Part shown: positions 17,614-27,336 of the stretch, piece after piece
Layout: every line of letters starts with the position of its first letter
Numbering within the stretch: position 1 is the first letter of the stretch
DNA from: Alphaproteobacteria bacterium
GTDB lineage: Bacteria; Pseudomonadota; Alphaproteobacteria; ATCC43930; CGMCC-115725
Direction: 5' to 3'
Assembly: GCA_038228485.1 (NCBI GenBank)
Contig: JBBRPG010000001.1
Span: 588 to 64,587, forward strand
Length of the DNA: 64,000 nt
The notes under the pieces: model-generated
The model's database searches: none
Told to the model about the DNA's origin: nothing
Seen by the model: the letters and a program-made list of their open reading frames with translations, nothing else
Translations under genes and position numbers: made by a program

Positions 17614-19176
17614 ATGCCCGCTCCCGCCAAATCGGATACACGACCGCCGCGCATCGCCATCCTCGGCTTCTCGATCGAATGCAACCGGTTCGCGCCGGTC
17701 GCGACCGAGGCGCATTTCGGCTATTTCGCCGGCCACGGCATTGTCGCCGAGGCGCGGCTCCCGGCGCCGCGTATGCTCGGCGAGATCCCGGGCTTTGTCG
17801 CCGATATGGATGCGGCCGGACCGTGGCAGCCGGTCGGCATCGCCTTTGCCGCGGCCGAGCCGAACGGCCCGGTCGATCATGCTTTCTTCACTCGGCTGAT
17901 GGCGGATATCGACCAGCGGCTGCGCGCCGCCTTGCCGGTCGACGCGGTTTATATCTGCGAGCACGGCGCCGCGATCACCACCGAGGACGACGACCCCGAC
18001 GGTGCATTGTTTGCGCTGGTGCGCGAGATCGTCGGGCCCGACGTACCGGTCGCCGCGACGCTCGACCTCCACGCCAACATCTCCGAGCGCATGGTCGGCT
18101 CTATCGATGCGTTTATCGGCTACCGCACCAACCCGCACCTCGACATGCGCGAGCGCGGCGAGGAGGCGGCGCAGACGATCCGGGAGATGCTGCCAAATGG
18201 CGACAAGCCGGGCACCAAGACCGAGCTGGCGTTCACCCGCCTGCCGATCGTGCCGCCGACGGTGACGATGCTGACCGCCGCCGGCCCCTACGCCGACATG
18301 ATCGATTTCGGCCAGACCAAGATCGGGCCGGAGATCATGAACGTTTCGGTGATGGGCGGCTTCGCCTTTTCCGACACGGCGAAGAACGGGCTGACCGTCG
18401 TCGTCACCGCGCGGCGCAACCGGCGCAATTCGCGCGCCGCCGAGGCGGTCGCCCGCGAGATCGCGCAGTTCGGCTGGGACAACCGGGCGCGGTTCTATCC
18501 GCGGCTAACCCCGGTGGGCGAGGCCGTGGCAAAGGCGGTCGCCGCAGCGAACGATCCCGCGTTGCCGGCGCTCTGCTTTGCCGATGTCGCGGACAATCCG
18601 GGCGGCGGCGGGCGCGGCAACACGATGTACCTGTTGCGCGCGCTGCATGAGGCCGGTGTCAATGGCGCGCTGGTCGGGATCATCTACGACCCGCCTCTCG
18701 CCGCCGAGGCGCACCTTCATGGGCTGCACTACAACTTCGATGCGCGCTTCAACCGCGACGAGGCCACCGAGTTCTCCGATCCATGGACGGCGCCGGCGCG
18801 GGTGGCGGCGCTGAGCGACGGCGATTGCGTCGGCCGCCGCGGCATCTATGCCGGCATGCGGCTGGGGATGGGTCCGTGCGCCGCGCTGCGGATCGGCGGC
18901 ATCACCGTCGTCGTGGTGTCGCAGCGCCGCCAATGCGCCGACCCGGTGTTTTTCGAGATGCTGGGGCTCGACATCGCCACGGCCCGGGTCGTCGTCGTCA
19001 AGTCGCGCGGCCATTTCCGCGGCGGCTTCGACGAGTTCTTTGCCCACGAGCAGATCGTCGAGGTCGACCTGCCCGGCCTCACCTCGCCGGTGCTCGGCAA
19101 TTTCAACTGGACCCGCCTGCCGCGTCCGGTGATCCCGCTCGACGATGGGGTGGAATGGAAAGCGCCGGAAGCCTAA
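17614..19176 (+). CDS. MlrC-like (M81 family) metallopeptidase
   Basis: 520 aa. N-terminal RIAILGFSIECNRFAP and CEHGAAITTEDDDPDG fit the microcystinase-C/DUF1485 family. Confidence 0.7.
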   Translation: MPAPAKSDTRPPRIAILGFSIECNRFAPVATEAHFGYFAGHGIVAEARLPAPRMLGEIPGFVADMDAAGPWQPVGIAFAAAEPNGPVDHAFFTRLMADIDQRLRAALPVDAVYICEHGAAITTEDDDPDGALFALVREIVGPDVPVAATLDLHANISERMVGSIDAFIGYRTNPHLDMRERGEEAAQTIREMLPNGDKPGTKTELAFTRLPIVPPTVTMLTAAGPYADMIDFGQTKIGPEIMNVSVMGGFAFSDTAKNGLTVVVTARRNRRNSRAAEAVAREIAQFGWDNRARFYPRLTPVGEAVAKAVAAANDPALPALCFADVADNPGGGGRGNTMYLLRALHEAGVNGALVGIIYDPPLAAEAHLHGLHYNFDARFNRDEATEFSDPWTAPARVAALSDGDCVGRRGIYAGMRLGMGPCAALRIGGITVVVVSQRRQCADPVFFEMLGLDIATARVVVVKSRGHFRGGFDEFFAHEQIVEVDLPGLTSPVLGNFNWTRLPRPVIPLDDGVEWKAPEA

Positions 19177-20096
19177 CCGGGCTTGCCGTCGGCGTAGAGC
19201 TTCAGCGCCGCATAGATGAACCCGTTCGCTGGCGTTGCGATACCGTGCTTGCGGCCGAGCTCGACCACCTTGCCGGCGAACCACCGCAGCTCCAGCCGGT
19301 TGCCGCGCAGCAGGTCGTTGCCCATCGAGGTCATGTGGTGCGGCGGCATCGAGCGCAACAGCGCGATGCCCTTATCGAGCGCGTCCGGCGGCAGCGCCAC
19401 CCCCTCGGCGCGGCCGACCGCTATCGTCTCGCGCAGGGTCGCCTCGCATAGCGCCCACAAATCGGGGTCTGCGCGATAGATTCCAAGCGGCAGCCGGGTC
19501 AGCGAATTGACGCCCGACAGCGGCACCAGCATGACGAATTTTTCCCAGATCGGCACCATGACGTCGGGGCTGAACACGCCCTCGAACCCGGCCGCGGCAC
19601 ATAGCTCGGCCAGGCGCTGCCCGCGCGTGCTCATCGTCCCGTCGAGCTCGCCAAAGGTCATGGTCTGATAGGCGCCGGTTTGCCGGATCACCCCCGGCGC
19701 GATTATCGAGCCGGTGACCCAGGCGGTGCCGCCCATCACTGCGTCGCGCCGGAGGATCGGGATCAGCCGGTCGTGCGCGTCGACCCCGTTCTGCAGCGGG
19801 ATCACCGCGGTCCGCGGCCCGACGATCGGCTTGATCGCCGCGCCGGCGCTTTCGACATCCCACAGCTTGGTGCATAGCAGCACGTAGTCGACAATGCCGA
19901 TGCCGGCCGGGTCGTCGGTCGCCTGGGCGGGCGCAACGTGGGTCTCGCCGCGGTCGCCCTCGACCCTAAGCCCGTTCGCTTGCATCGCCGCCAGGTGCGC
20001 GCCGCGTGCGACAAAGGTCACGTCCGCCCCGGCCTGGGCCAGCGAGGCGCCGTAAGGGCCGCCGATCCCGCCCGTGCCGATGACCGCGATGCGCAT
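19173..20096 (-). CDS. panE: 2-dehydropantoate 2-reductase (ketopantoate reductase) family
   Basis: N-terminal Rossmann motif MRIAVIGTGGIGGPYGASLAQAGADVTFVAR. The 307-aa length is typical of ApbA/PanE. Confidence 0.65.
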   Translation of the reverse strand: MRIAVIGTGGIGGPYGASLAQAGADVTFVARGAHLAAMQANGLRVEGDRGETHVAPAQATDDPAGIGIVDYVLLCTKLWDVESAGAAIKPIVGPRTAVIPLQNGVDAHDRLIPILRRDAVMGGTAWVTGSIIAPGVIRQTGAYQTMTFGELDGTMSTRGQRLAELCAAAGFEGVFSPDVMVPIWEKFVMLVPLSGVNSLTRLPLGIYRADPDLWALCEATLRETIAVGRAEGVALPPDALDKGIALLRSMPPHHMTSMGNDLLRGNRLELRWFAGKVVELGRKHGIATPANGFIYAALKLYADGKPG

Positions 20097-20161
20097 CTGC
20101 TTCTCCCGCTTCCGCCCGACTTTACTTTAGGCTGACCGCCTCACCGACACAGGAGAAAATC

Positions 20162-20275
20162 ATGGCCAAATCGGCAAGCTCACCCGCGCGGGAAGCAATC
20201 CGCGGCACCGTGCCCAAGCTGGCGGAGATCGCCGACAGCTTGACCGAAACTCGATCTGGAATCCGTGCCTCTTAA
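20162..20275 (+). pseudogene. Truncated remnant of a carboxymuconolactone-decarboxylase (AhpD-like) family gene
   Basis: Strong RBS AGGAGA plus ATG. The 37 codons MAKSASSPAREAIRGTVPKLAEIADSL... resemble CMD-family N-termini (..PKLAE.TD..LFG..W). The similarity decays and the ORF stops where AT-rich sequence begins. Confidence 0.35.
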
Positions 20276-20355
20276 GCCGCACGGGCAATTTTATACTGAA
20301 TGTAGATTGATCCTGCTCAGCCGAAAATCGACCCAGAGCGCTTGTTGGAGCCTCG

Positions 20356-20485
20356 ACCTGTTTCGACTTGTTACGCGACCAGTTTCGCACCTGTTAACGT
20401 AACGGCTTTTACGCGCTCGCCTGCGCAATGGCGTGCTTCGCCTGATAAAAAGCCCACCGTAACAGGTAAAACGGGAGAAACAGGT
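20356..20485. repeat. Array of phased CCTGTT(T/A)CG-type decamers, four direct plus inverted copies
   Basis: ACCTGTTTCG (20356), ACTTGTTACG (20366), ACCAGTTTCG (20378), ACCTGTTAACG (20389). Inverted copies are CCGTAACAGGT (20457) and GAGAAACAGGT (20475). Confidence 0.7.
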
Positions 20486-20490
20486 GACGG

Positions 20491-20511
20491 AGCGGAGACC
20501 GCCCCTCCGCT
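20491..20511 (-). terminator. Possible intrinsic terminator hairpin at the cysQ 3' end
   Basis: AGCGGAG-N7-CTCCGCT stem overlapping the cysQ stop codon. On the minus strand it is followed by the T-rich stretch CTGTTTCTCCCGTTTT. Confidence 0.3.
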
Positions 20512-21280
20512 ACCACACCGGCTTCTTCCCCCAGGCCAGGAAGGCGTCGTTTTTGAGGCCGGGCTTGCCGTAGGCGAGCGGGCCGCCTTCGACGCGGACG
20601 ATGCTGCCGCCGGCGGCTTCGAGGATCGCCTGCCCGGCGGCGGTGTCCCACTCCATCGTCGTGCCGAAGCGCGGGTAGAGGTCGGCCTCGCCCGCCGCCA
20701 GCACCCCGAACTTGAGCGCGCTGCCGCAGCTGATGCGTTCGAGGATCGCGCGGCCCTCGAAATATTCGGCGAGGCGGCGGCTGTTGCTGTTGGTGCGGCT
20801 GTGGATCACCGCGACCCCCTCGGGCGCCGGCAGCCGCGCGCCGATCGGCTCGGGCGCGCCGCCATCCTTGATACGGATCGCGGTGCCGGGGCCATGCGCG
20901 GCATAGGTCGTGGCGATGGCCGGCCCGTGCACCACCCCCAGCACGGGCCGCTGGTCCTCGATCAGGGCGATGCACACGGCAAACTCGCCGTTCTTGGCGA
21001 TGAACTCCTTGGTGCCGTCGAGCGGGTCGACGCACCAGAACCGCGCCGCCGGCGGCTTAAACCCGTCCTCGGGCGCGGTCTCCTCGGAAACGATCGGGAT
21101 GTCGGGAAAGGCCGCGGTCAGCATCCGCACGATGACCCGCTCCGAGGCGAGATCGGCCTCGGTGACCGGGGTCTGGTCGCTTTTCTGCATGACCTCGAAC
21201 GGCTCGGCATAGACGCGCATGATCGCCTCGCCGGCCGCGAGCGCGGCGCGCAGCGCGGTATCGAGCAGCCCGTCGCTCAT
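20510..21280 (-). CDS. cysQ: 3'(2'),5'-bisphosphate nucleotidase
   Basis: Start moved to MSDGLL (ATG at 21280) within track ORF 20510..21598. Inositol-monophosphatase-fold motifs WCVDPLDGTKEF and WDTAAG. Confidence 0.8.
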   Translation of the reverse strand: MSDGLLDTALRAALAAGEAIMRVYAEPFEVMQKSDQTPVTEADLASERVIVRMLTAAFPDIPIVSEETAPEDGFKPPAARFWCVDPLDGTKEFIAKNGEFAVCIALIEDQRPVLGVVHGPAIATTYAAHGPGTAIRIKDGGAPEPIGARLPAPEGVAVIHSRTNSNSRRLAEYFEGRAILERISCGSALKFGVLAAGEADLYPRFGTTMEWDTAAGQAILEAAGGSIVRVEGGPLAYGKPGLKNDAFLAWGKKPVW

Positions 21281-21372
21281 GCCGCCCGCACCGGGGTTGC
21301 GTCCCGGGCGGCGCGCCAGACGGCCTCGGTGGTCAAGGGCATATCGATATCGGCGATGCCGAATTGCATCAT
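21277..21372 (-). CDS. Candidate 31-aa small ORF translationally coupled to cysQ
   Basis: GGAG plus ATGATG start. MMQFGIADIDMPLTTEAVWRAARDATPVRAA. Its TGA overlaps the cysQ ATG (ATGA). Third-codon positions are mostly G/C (26 of 31 by my count), higher than in the alternative frame. Confidence 0.35.
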   Translation of the reverse strand: MMQFGIADIDMPLTTEAVWRAARDATPVRAA

Positions 21373-21540
21373 GGCGCTCCGCTGCGGCTAAGCGTTTGAG
21401 GATAAGGCGACAGGCCCTCACCCGTCCATGCGCCCAAATCGGACAAAGTTTGGCGACAAAATCGCGCGTGGGGCGTTTAGCATGGGAATGGCGGCGCAAA
21501 TCCTCCTGATTTGCGCCGCAGCACCTTGGGAGGAACGGAC

Positions 21541-21981
21541 ATGAAACTTGCAACCGGGCTCTGTTTCGGCTTGCTGTTGACCGGCGTCTGCGCGGCATCG
21601 CCGGTATACGCGGAGGGTATCCCCCGCGGCTCGTATCTCAATACTTGCGATGGCGCGCGGGTCGAGGGCGACAGCCTGATCGCCAAATGCCGCACGCGGA
21701 ACGGCTTCGAGCAGCGCAGCGCGCTGGCCGACGTCAACCGCTGCGTCGGCGACATTGCCAACGATAACGGCGTTCTGCGCTGCACCTATGGCAGGCCGGG
21801 CGCTGTCGTCGTCGCGCCGGGCCAGCCCGGCGGAGTACGAACCGCCGAACGTTGCGACGGCCTGCGCCATGAGGCGCGCGAGCTGCGCGAACGGATGGAT
21901 CGCGAATGGAACCCGCTTGAGCGCTCCCGCCTTGAGGGACGCCTGAACGAGGTCCGGATGCAGGAAGAACGCTGCCGCTAA
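21541..21981 (+). CDS. Secreted protein with a single CVNH-like (cyanovirin-N homology) half-domain and a charged C-terminal helix
   Basis: ATG at 21541 behind GGGAGG. Signal peptide MKLATGLCFGLLLTGVCAASPVYA. SYLNTCDGARVEGDSLIAKCRTRNGFEQRSALADVNRCVGDIANDNGVLRC fits the CVNH repeat pattern. Confidence 0.5.
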   Translation: MKLATGLCFGLLLTGVCAASPVYAEGIPRGSYLNTCDGARVEGDSLIAKCRTRNGFEQRSALADVNRCVGDIANDNGVLRCTYGRPGAVVVAPGQPGGVRTAERCDGLRHEARELRERMDREWNPLERSRLEGRLNEVRMQEERCR

Positions 21982-21996
21982 CGGATCGCGCTAAAA

Positions 21997-22031
21997 GGCG
22001 GTTCCGGGCTCAAGCGGGCGGCGGAACCGCC
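21997..22031 (+). terminator. Possible terminator hairpin after the CVNH-like gene
   Basis: GGCGGTTCC-N17-GGAACCGCC stem, 16 nt after the stop codon. The following tcgtcgtt is only weakly T-rich. Confidence 0.35.
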
Positions 22032-22124
22032 TCGTCGTTCCTGCCGGCCTATCCCGGTGTTGACTTGCACCCCGTTCGGGTGCACCGATCCGCATCGGGA
22101 AAGTGCCGCTGACAGGAGACGATC

Positions 22125-22553
22125 ATGGCGTCACCGAAAAAGCTTTCGCATCTGGTGCTGCAGACCAACCGGCGCGACCAGATGGTCGAGTGGTATTGCA
22201 CGGTGCTGGGCGCCGAGCTGCTGTACCAGAACAAGTTCATCGCGTTTATCAGCTTTGACGACGAGCATCACCGGGTCGCGTTTATCGATCCCGGGCCGCT
22301 CGCCGAGAAGGCGCCCTCCGAGGGCAAGACCGCCCGCGCCGGCGGCGAAGTCGGTCTGCACCACGTCGCCTTCACCTTCGAACCAGAAGAGCTGGCCGAC
22401 CATTACGAAGAGCTGAAGGCTCAGGGGATCAGCCCGCATCGCTGCGTCAACCACGGGATGACGACATCGATGTACTACTACGACCCGGACCATAACCAGG
22501 TCGAGCTGCTGTTCGACAATTCCACACCGCGCGCGCCGGCCGCGACTACATGA
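22125..22553 (+). CDS. VOC-family protein (biphenyl-2,3-diol 1,2-dioxygenase III-like), C-terminal ~40 aa displaced by a frameshift
   Basis: Track ORF. LSHLVLQTN...GLHHVAFTF...YYYDPDHNQVELLFDN, after which the family-like tail FHTARAGRDYMTNRSASDKNPVGIDFDPDEM... continues in the +1 frame to 22669. Confidence 0.75.
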   Translation: MASPKKLSHLVLQTNRRDQMVEWYCTVLGAELLYQNKFIAFISFDDEHHRVAFIDPGPLAEKAPSEGKTARAGGEVGLHHVAFTFEPEELADHYEELKAQGISPHRCVNHGMTTSMYYYDPDHNQVELLFDNSTPRAPAATT

Positions 22554-22680
22554 CGAACCGCTCGGCCAGCGACAAGAACCCGGTCGGCATCGACTTCGAC
22601 CCCGACGAGATGGTCGCCCGCATCCGCAAAGGGCTCGACATCGAAGAGCTGGCGGACATCAACGCTTAATTTTCAAAACT

Positions 22681-22750
22681 CCATTCCGGCGAAGGCCGGA
22701 ACCCATCTATCCGCCCCTCATAGGGCTGAGCGGTGGGTCCCGGCTTGACG
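22681..22750. repeat. Short intergenic REP-like element
   Basis: Hairpin ttccggcgaaggccggaa, followed by acccat...cggtgggtcccggc. Confidence 0.55.
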
Positions 22751-22764
22751 CCCTCAAGGATCGA

Positions 22765-23773
22765 TCAGCTCACCAAATGGCACGAGACCCCGTGCCCCGG
22801 CCCAATCTCCTTTAACACCGGGACTTCCTGGCGGCAGCGATCCATCGCATAGGGGCAGCGGGTGTGGAAGGTGCAGCCGGGCGGCGGGCTGATCGGGCTC
22901 GGCACGTCACCCTGCAGCAGGCGCTTCTCACGCCGCAGCTTGGGGTTCGGCACCGGCACCGCCGACAGCAACGCCTCGGTGTAGGGGTGCTTTGGGTTGG
23001 TGAACAGGGTCTGCTTGTCGGCGTATTCGACGATCCTGCCGAGATACATCACCGCGATGCGGTGGCTGATATGCTCGACCACCGCGAGGTCGTGGGCGAT
23101 GAAGAGATAGGACAGCCGCTTCTCGCGCTGCAAATCCATCATCAAATTGATGACCTGCGCCTGGATCGACACGTCGAGCGCCGAGACCGGCTCGTCGGCG
23201 ACGATCAGCTTGGGATTGAGCGCCAGGGCGCGGGCGATCGAGATGCGCTGACGCTGACCGCCAGAGAACTCGTGCGGATATGCGTTCATCTGGCTGCGCC
23301 GCAGCCCGACCTGGTCGAAGATCTCGCCGACCTGGACATCCTGCTGCTTGCCGTGAGCCAGCCCGTGGACGGCAAGCGGTTCGCCGACGATGTCGCCCGC
23401 TGACATGCGCGGGTTCAACGACGAGAACGGGTCCTGAAAGATCATCTGCATCTGGCGGCGGTAGGGCCGCATCGCCGCCTTGCCGAGGCGGGTCACGTCG
23501 TGCCCATCGAGGAGGATCGAACCTTCGGTCGGCTCGATCAGGCGCATCACGGTGCGCGCCACGGTCGACTTGCCGCAGCCCGACTCGCCGACGAGGCCCA
23601 AGGTCTCACCCTCGCCGATCGAAAAGCTGACCCCGTCGACCGCGTAGACCTGGCCGACGGTGCGGCGCAACAGGCCCTTCTTGACCGGGAAGTGCTTTTT
23701 TAGGTTGACGACGTCGAGCACCTTCTCGATGGCGGCCGGCCGCGGCGCGATATCGTTCATGACGGGGGCGGGG

Positions 23774-23781
<8 letters not shown>
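22765..23781 (-). CDS. Oligopeptide/dipeptide ABC transporter ATP-binding protein (DppF/OppF-like)
   Basis: Start at MASPAPV (ATG at 23781), overlapping the upstream stop. Walker [10 protein letters not shown], signature [15 protein letters not shown], and a C-terminal Cys cluster [14 protein letters not shown]. Confidence 0.85.
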
Positions 23782-24850
<1,069 letters not shown>

Positions 24851-24883
24851 CTACTAAATGTGCTTCCGTGGCAACATCGCCGC

Positions 24884-25777
24884 TTAGCTGCGCTGCCGCG
24901 GATCGAGCAGATCGCGCAATGCGTCGCCCAACAAATTCGTGCCAAACACGACGAAGCTGATCGCCAGGCCGGGAAAGATTACCAGCCATGGCGCGGTGCG
25001 GACATATTCGGCCGCCGACTCCGACAGCATCCGGCCCCAGGACGGGTGCGGCTCGGGGACGCCAAGGCCAAGGAACGACAGCGACGACTCGGTGAGGATG
25101 GTCGAGCCGAGCTGCGCCGTCGCCAGCACGATCAGCGGCGCCAGGGTGTTGGGCAGCACATGGCGCAGCGCGATGCGCTTCTCGCTCATGCCGATCGCCT
25201 TCGCCGCCTCGACAAACGGCTGCTCGCGCAAGCTAAGCGTGTTGGCGCGGATGACCCGGGCGACATAGGGCACCAGCGGGATCGCGATCGCCAGGATCGT
25301 ATTGTGCAAGGAGGGACCAAGCGCCGCCGCCATGATGATCGCCATCACCAGCAGCGGCAGCGACTGCATCATCTCGAGAACGCGCTGGGTGATCAGATCG
25401 AACCAGCCGAGCAGATAGCCCGACACCAGCCCCAGCATCACGCCGATCGACGAGCCGAGCAGCATCGAGCCGACGCTGACCGCCAGCGAAATCCGCGCGC
25501 CGTAAATAATGCGGCTGTAGACATCGCGTCCCATAAAGTCGCAGCCGAGCCAATGCGCCGCGCTGGGCTTCGCCAAGGAAACCGCCGCGTTGGTGGTCAG
25601 CGGGTCGTAGACGGTGATCAGCGGCGCGAAGACCGCGGCCAGCACGAACAGCGCCATGATTACCGCGCCGATCGCCCCCAGGGGGTAGCGGCGGATGAAG
25701 AACCGAACGGCGCCCCAGCGGGAATGGACATTGGCGCCGGCGGCGGCCAATTCGGCGTTAAAATCGAGCGTGCTCAT
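24884..25777 (-). CDS. ABC transporter permease (DppC/OppC-like)
   Basis: 297-aa multi-TM protein of the BPD-transport type, located in the operon with the ATPases. Confidence 0.8.
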   Translation of the reverse strand: MSTLDFNAELAAAGANVHSRWGAVRFFIRRYPLGAIGAVIMALFVLAAVFAPLITVYDPLTTNAAVSLAKPSAAHWLGCDFMGRDVYSRIIYGARISLAVSVGSMLLGSSIGVMLGLVSGYLLGWFDLITQRVLEMMQSLPLLVMAIIMAAALGPSLHNTILAIAIPLVPYVARVIRANTLSLREQPFVEAAKAIGMSEKRIALRHVLPNTLAPLIVLATAQLGSTILTESSLSFLGLGVPEPHPSWGRMLSESAAEYVRTAPWLVIFPGLAISFVVFGTNLLGDALRDLLDPRQRS

Positions 25778-25810
25778 GCGGATCCCCTGTCCACGGTGCG
25801 TTCTGCGACG

Positions 25811-26758
25811 CTAGTTGCCGTACTTGATACGCGGATCGACCGCTGCGTACAGCATGTCGATGATGAAGTTGATCGTCACCACCACGATGGCGATGAACAT
25901 CACCAGGTTCTGCACCATCGGATAGTCGCGCCAGCGGATCGCCTCGACCAGGAAACGCGCCACCCCGGGGATGTTGAACACGGTCTCGGTGACGATCAGC
26001 CCGCCCAAAAGAAACGCCGCCTCGATCCCGATCACCGTGATCACCGGCAGCAATGCGTTTTTAAGCGCGTGGTAATAGTTGATCGCGCGCTCGGGCGCGC
26101 CTTTCGAGCGCGCCGTGCGGATGTAATCCTGGCGCAAGACCTCGAGCATCGACGAGCGGGTCAGCCGCATCATCAAGGCCGAGCTGCGGAAACCGACCGC
26201 CGCCGCCGGAACGCTGTACATCAGGATCGCGTTCCAGAACCCGGTCGGCTGGTCGCTGTAGATGGGGATCGTGCCAAACGAGGCGACAAAGCCCATCAAG
26301 ATCAACAACCCCAGCCAGAAAGCGGGCATCGACAACCCGGACAGGCTGATCACCCGCAGGAAATAATCGAGGATCGTGTTCTGCTTGACCGCGCTGATCA
26401 CCCCAAGCGGCACGCCGATCAGCACCGAAAACGTCAGCGCGATCGCCGCGAGGCGCGCGGTGATCGGGAGGCGCGGCAGGATTTCTTGCAGCGCCGGCTT
26501 TTCGGTTTGGTAGGAATAGCCGAGATCGCCGTGCAGCAGGCCGCCGATCCAATCGACGTATTGCATCGGGATGGATTTATCGAGGCCGAGATCGTGCTCG
26601 ATCTTCGCCTTGTCGGCCGGGTCGACGTAGCCGCCGGCGTCAAACAGGATGTCGGCGATGTTGCCGGGGGTCAGTCGCAGCAGGATAAAGATCAGCATCG
26701 AAATGCCGAACAGCGTCAGCAGCATCAGGCCGAAGCGCCGTACGATATAGGCCCCCAA
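25811..26758 (-). CDS. ABC transporter permease (DppB/OppB-like)
   Basis: Proposed TTG start at 26758, 5 nt after GGGAGG, giving LGAYIVRRFGLMLLTLFGISMLIF... typical of DppB N-termini. The longer track ORF (to 26908) has a non-coding-looking extension. Confidence 0.75.
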   Translation of the reverse strand: MGAYIVRRFGLMLLTLFGISMLIFILLRLTPGNIADILFDAGGYVDPADKAKIEHDLGLDKSIPMQYVDWIGGLLHGDLGYSYQTEKPALQEILPRLPITARLAAIALTFSVLIGVPLGVISAVKQNTILDYFLRVISLSGLSMPAFWLGLLILMGFVASFGTIPIYSDQPTGFWNAILMYSVPAAAVGFRSSALMMRLTRSSMLEVLRQDYIRTARSKGAPERAINYYHALKNALLPVITVIGIEAAFLLGGLIVTETVFNIPGVARFLVEAIRWRDYPMVQNLVMFIAIVVVTINFIIDMLYAAVDPRIKYGN

Positions 26759-27078
26759 CGCTGCCTCCCTCACTACCCTACCGGCGAAACGCTCGCCGGC
26801 GATCGCCGCGGTCTCCGGTTCCGGTTGTACCGCCTGTTCTGCCGTTGGCAGAGGGCGTACCGCACTCCGCGCCGCTCGGCAAGGCGAGCCAGCCTTGCCG
26901 TCGGTCAAAAGCGCGTGACGCCAAAGCAGACAGGCGGCTGGCCCCTCGTCACCCGATCACGACAGACACGCTATCACGGCGGCGAAGGCCGGTCGAATCG
27001 TCGCGCAAGGGAAAGCCGAATATCTTTGAGTAACGGTTCGCCGAGACAATCACCTCTGCTCTTGCGCTATTCTGCGGC

Positions 27079-27336
27079 ATGATCAGCGCCGACGACATCG
27101 CCGCCAAACGCGCCCGGCTGGCCGCGGTTGAAACTGAGCTGGCCCGGCTGCGCGACCAATACGACTTGGCGACGAGCGCCTTCAAATTCGACGAAGCGCG
27201 CGAGCTTCACGCCCGCATCGAGACGAGCGAGAGCGAGCGGCGGACGCTGGCGGAAGGCCTGCCGCCGCAGCCGCCCATCACGGCGCAGCCTGCGATGCGG
27301 CGTCGCTTGCCGGTGCGGCGGCGGAGATGGCGCTAG
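27079..27336 (+). CDS. Hypothetical small coiled-coil protein
   Basis: 85-aa track ORF with no recognisable family. The Arg-rich tail is suspicious. Confidence 0.35.
   Translation: MISADDIAAKRARLAAVETELARLRDQYDLATSAFKFDEARELHARIETSESERRTLAEGLPPQPPITAQPAMRRRLPVRRRRWR

Noticed and set aside
16609-18138. 509-aa minus-strand ORF; a similar 548-aa ORF lies at 56904..58550
   Set aside because: They span intergenic REP elements and run antisense to well-supported genes (Spy-like and MlrC-like; acyl-CoA synthetase and ABC exporter). Their composition is typical of out-of-frame high-GC sequence.
20306-20319. FixK/FNR-like box TTGATCCTGCTCAG
   Set aside because: Only the left half matches TTGAT-N4-ATCAA; the right half matches 3 of 5 positions. 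A single weak site cannot be distinguished from chance.
24860-27082. 740-aa plus-strand ORF, the longest in this part of the window
   Set aside because: Its composition is extremely Arg/Asp/His/Gln-rich and low-complexity. It runs antisense to the well-supported DppB/DppC permease genes. This is a typical shadow ORF of a high-GC genome.
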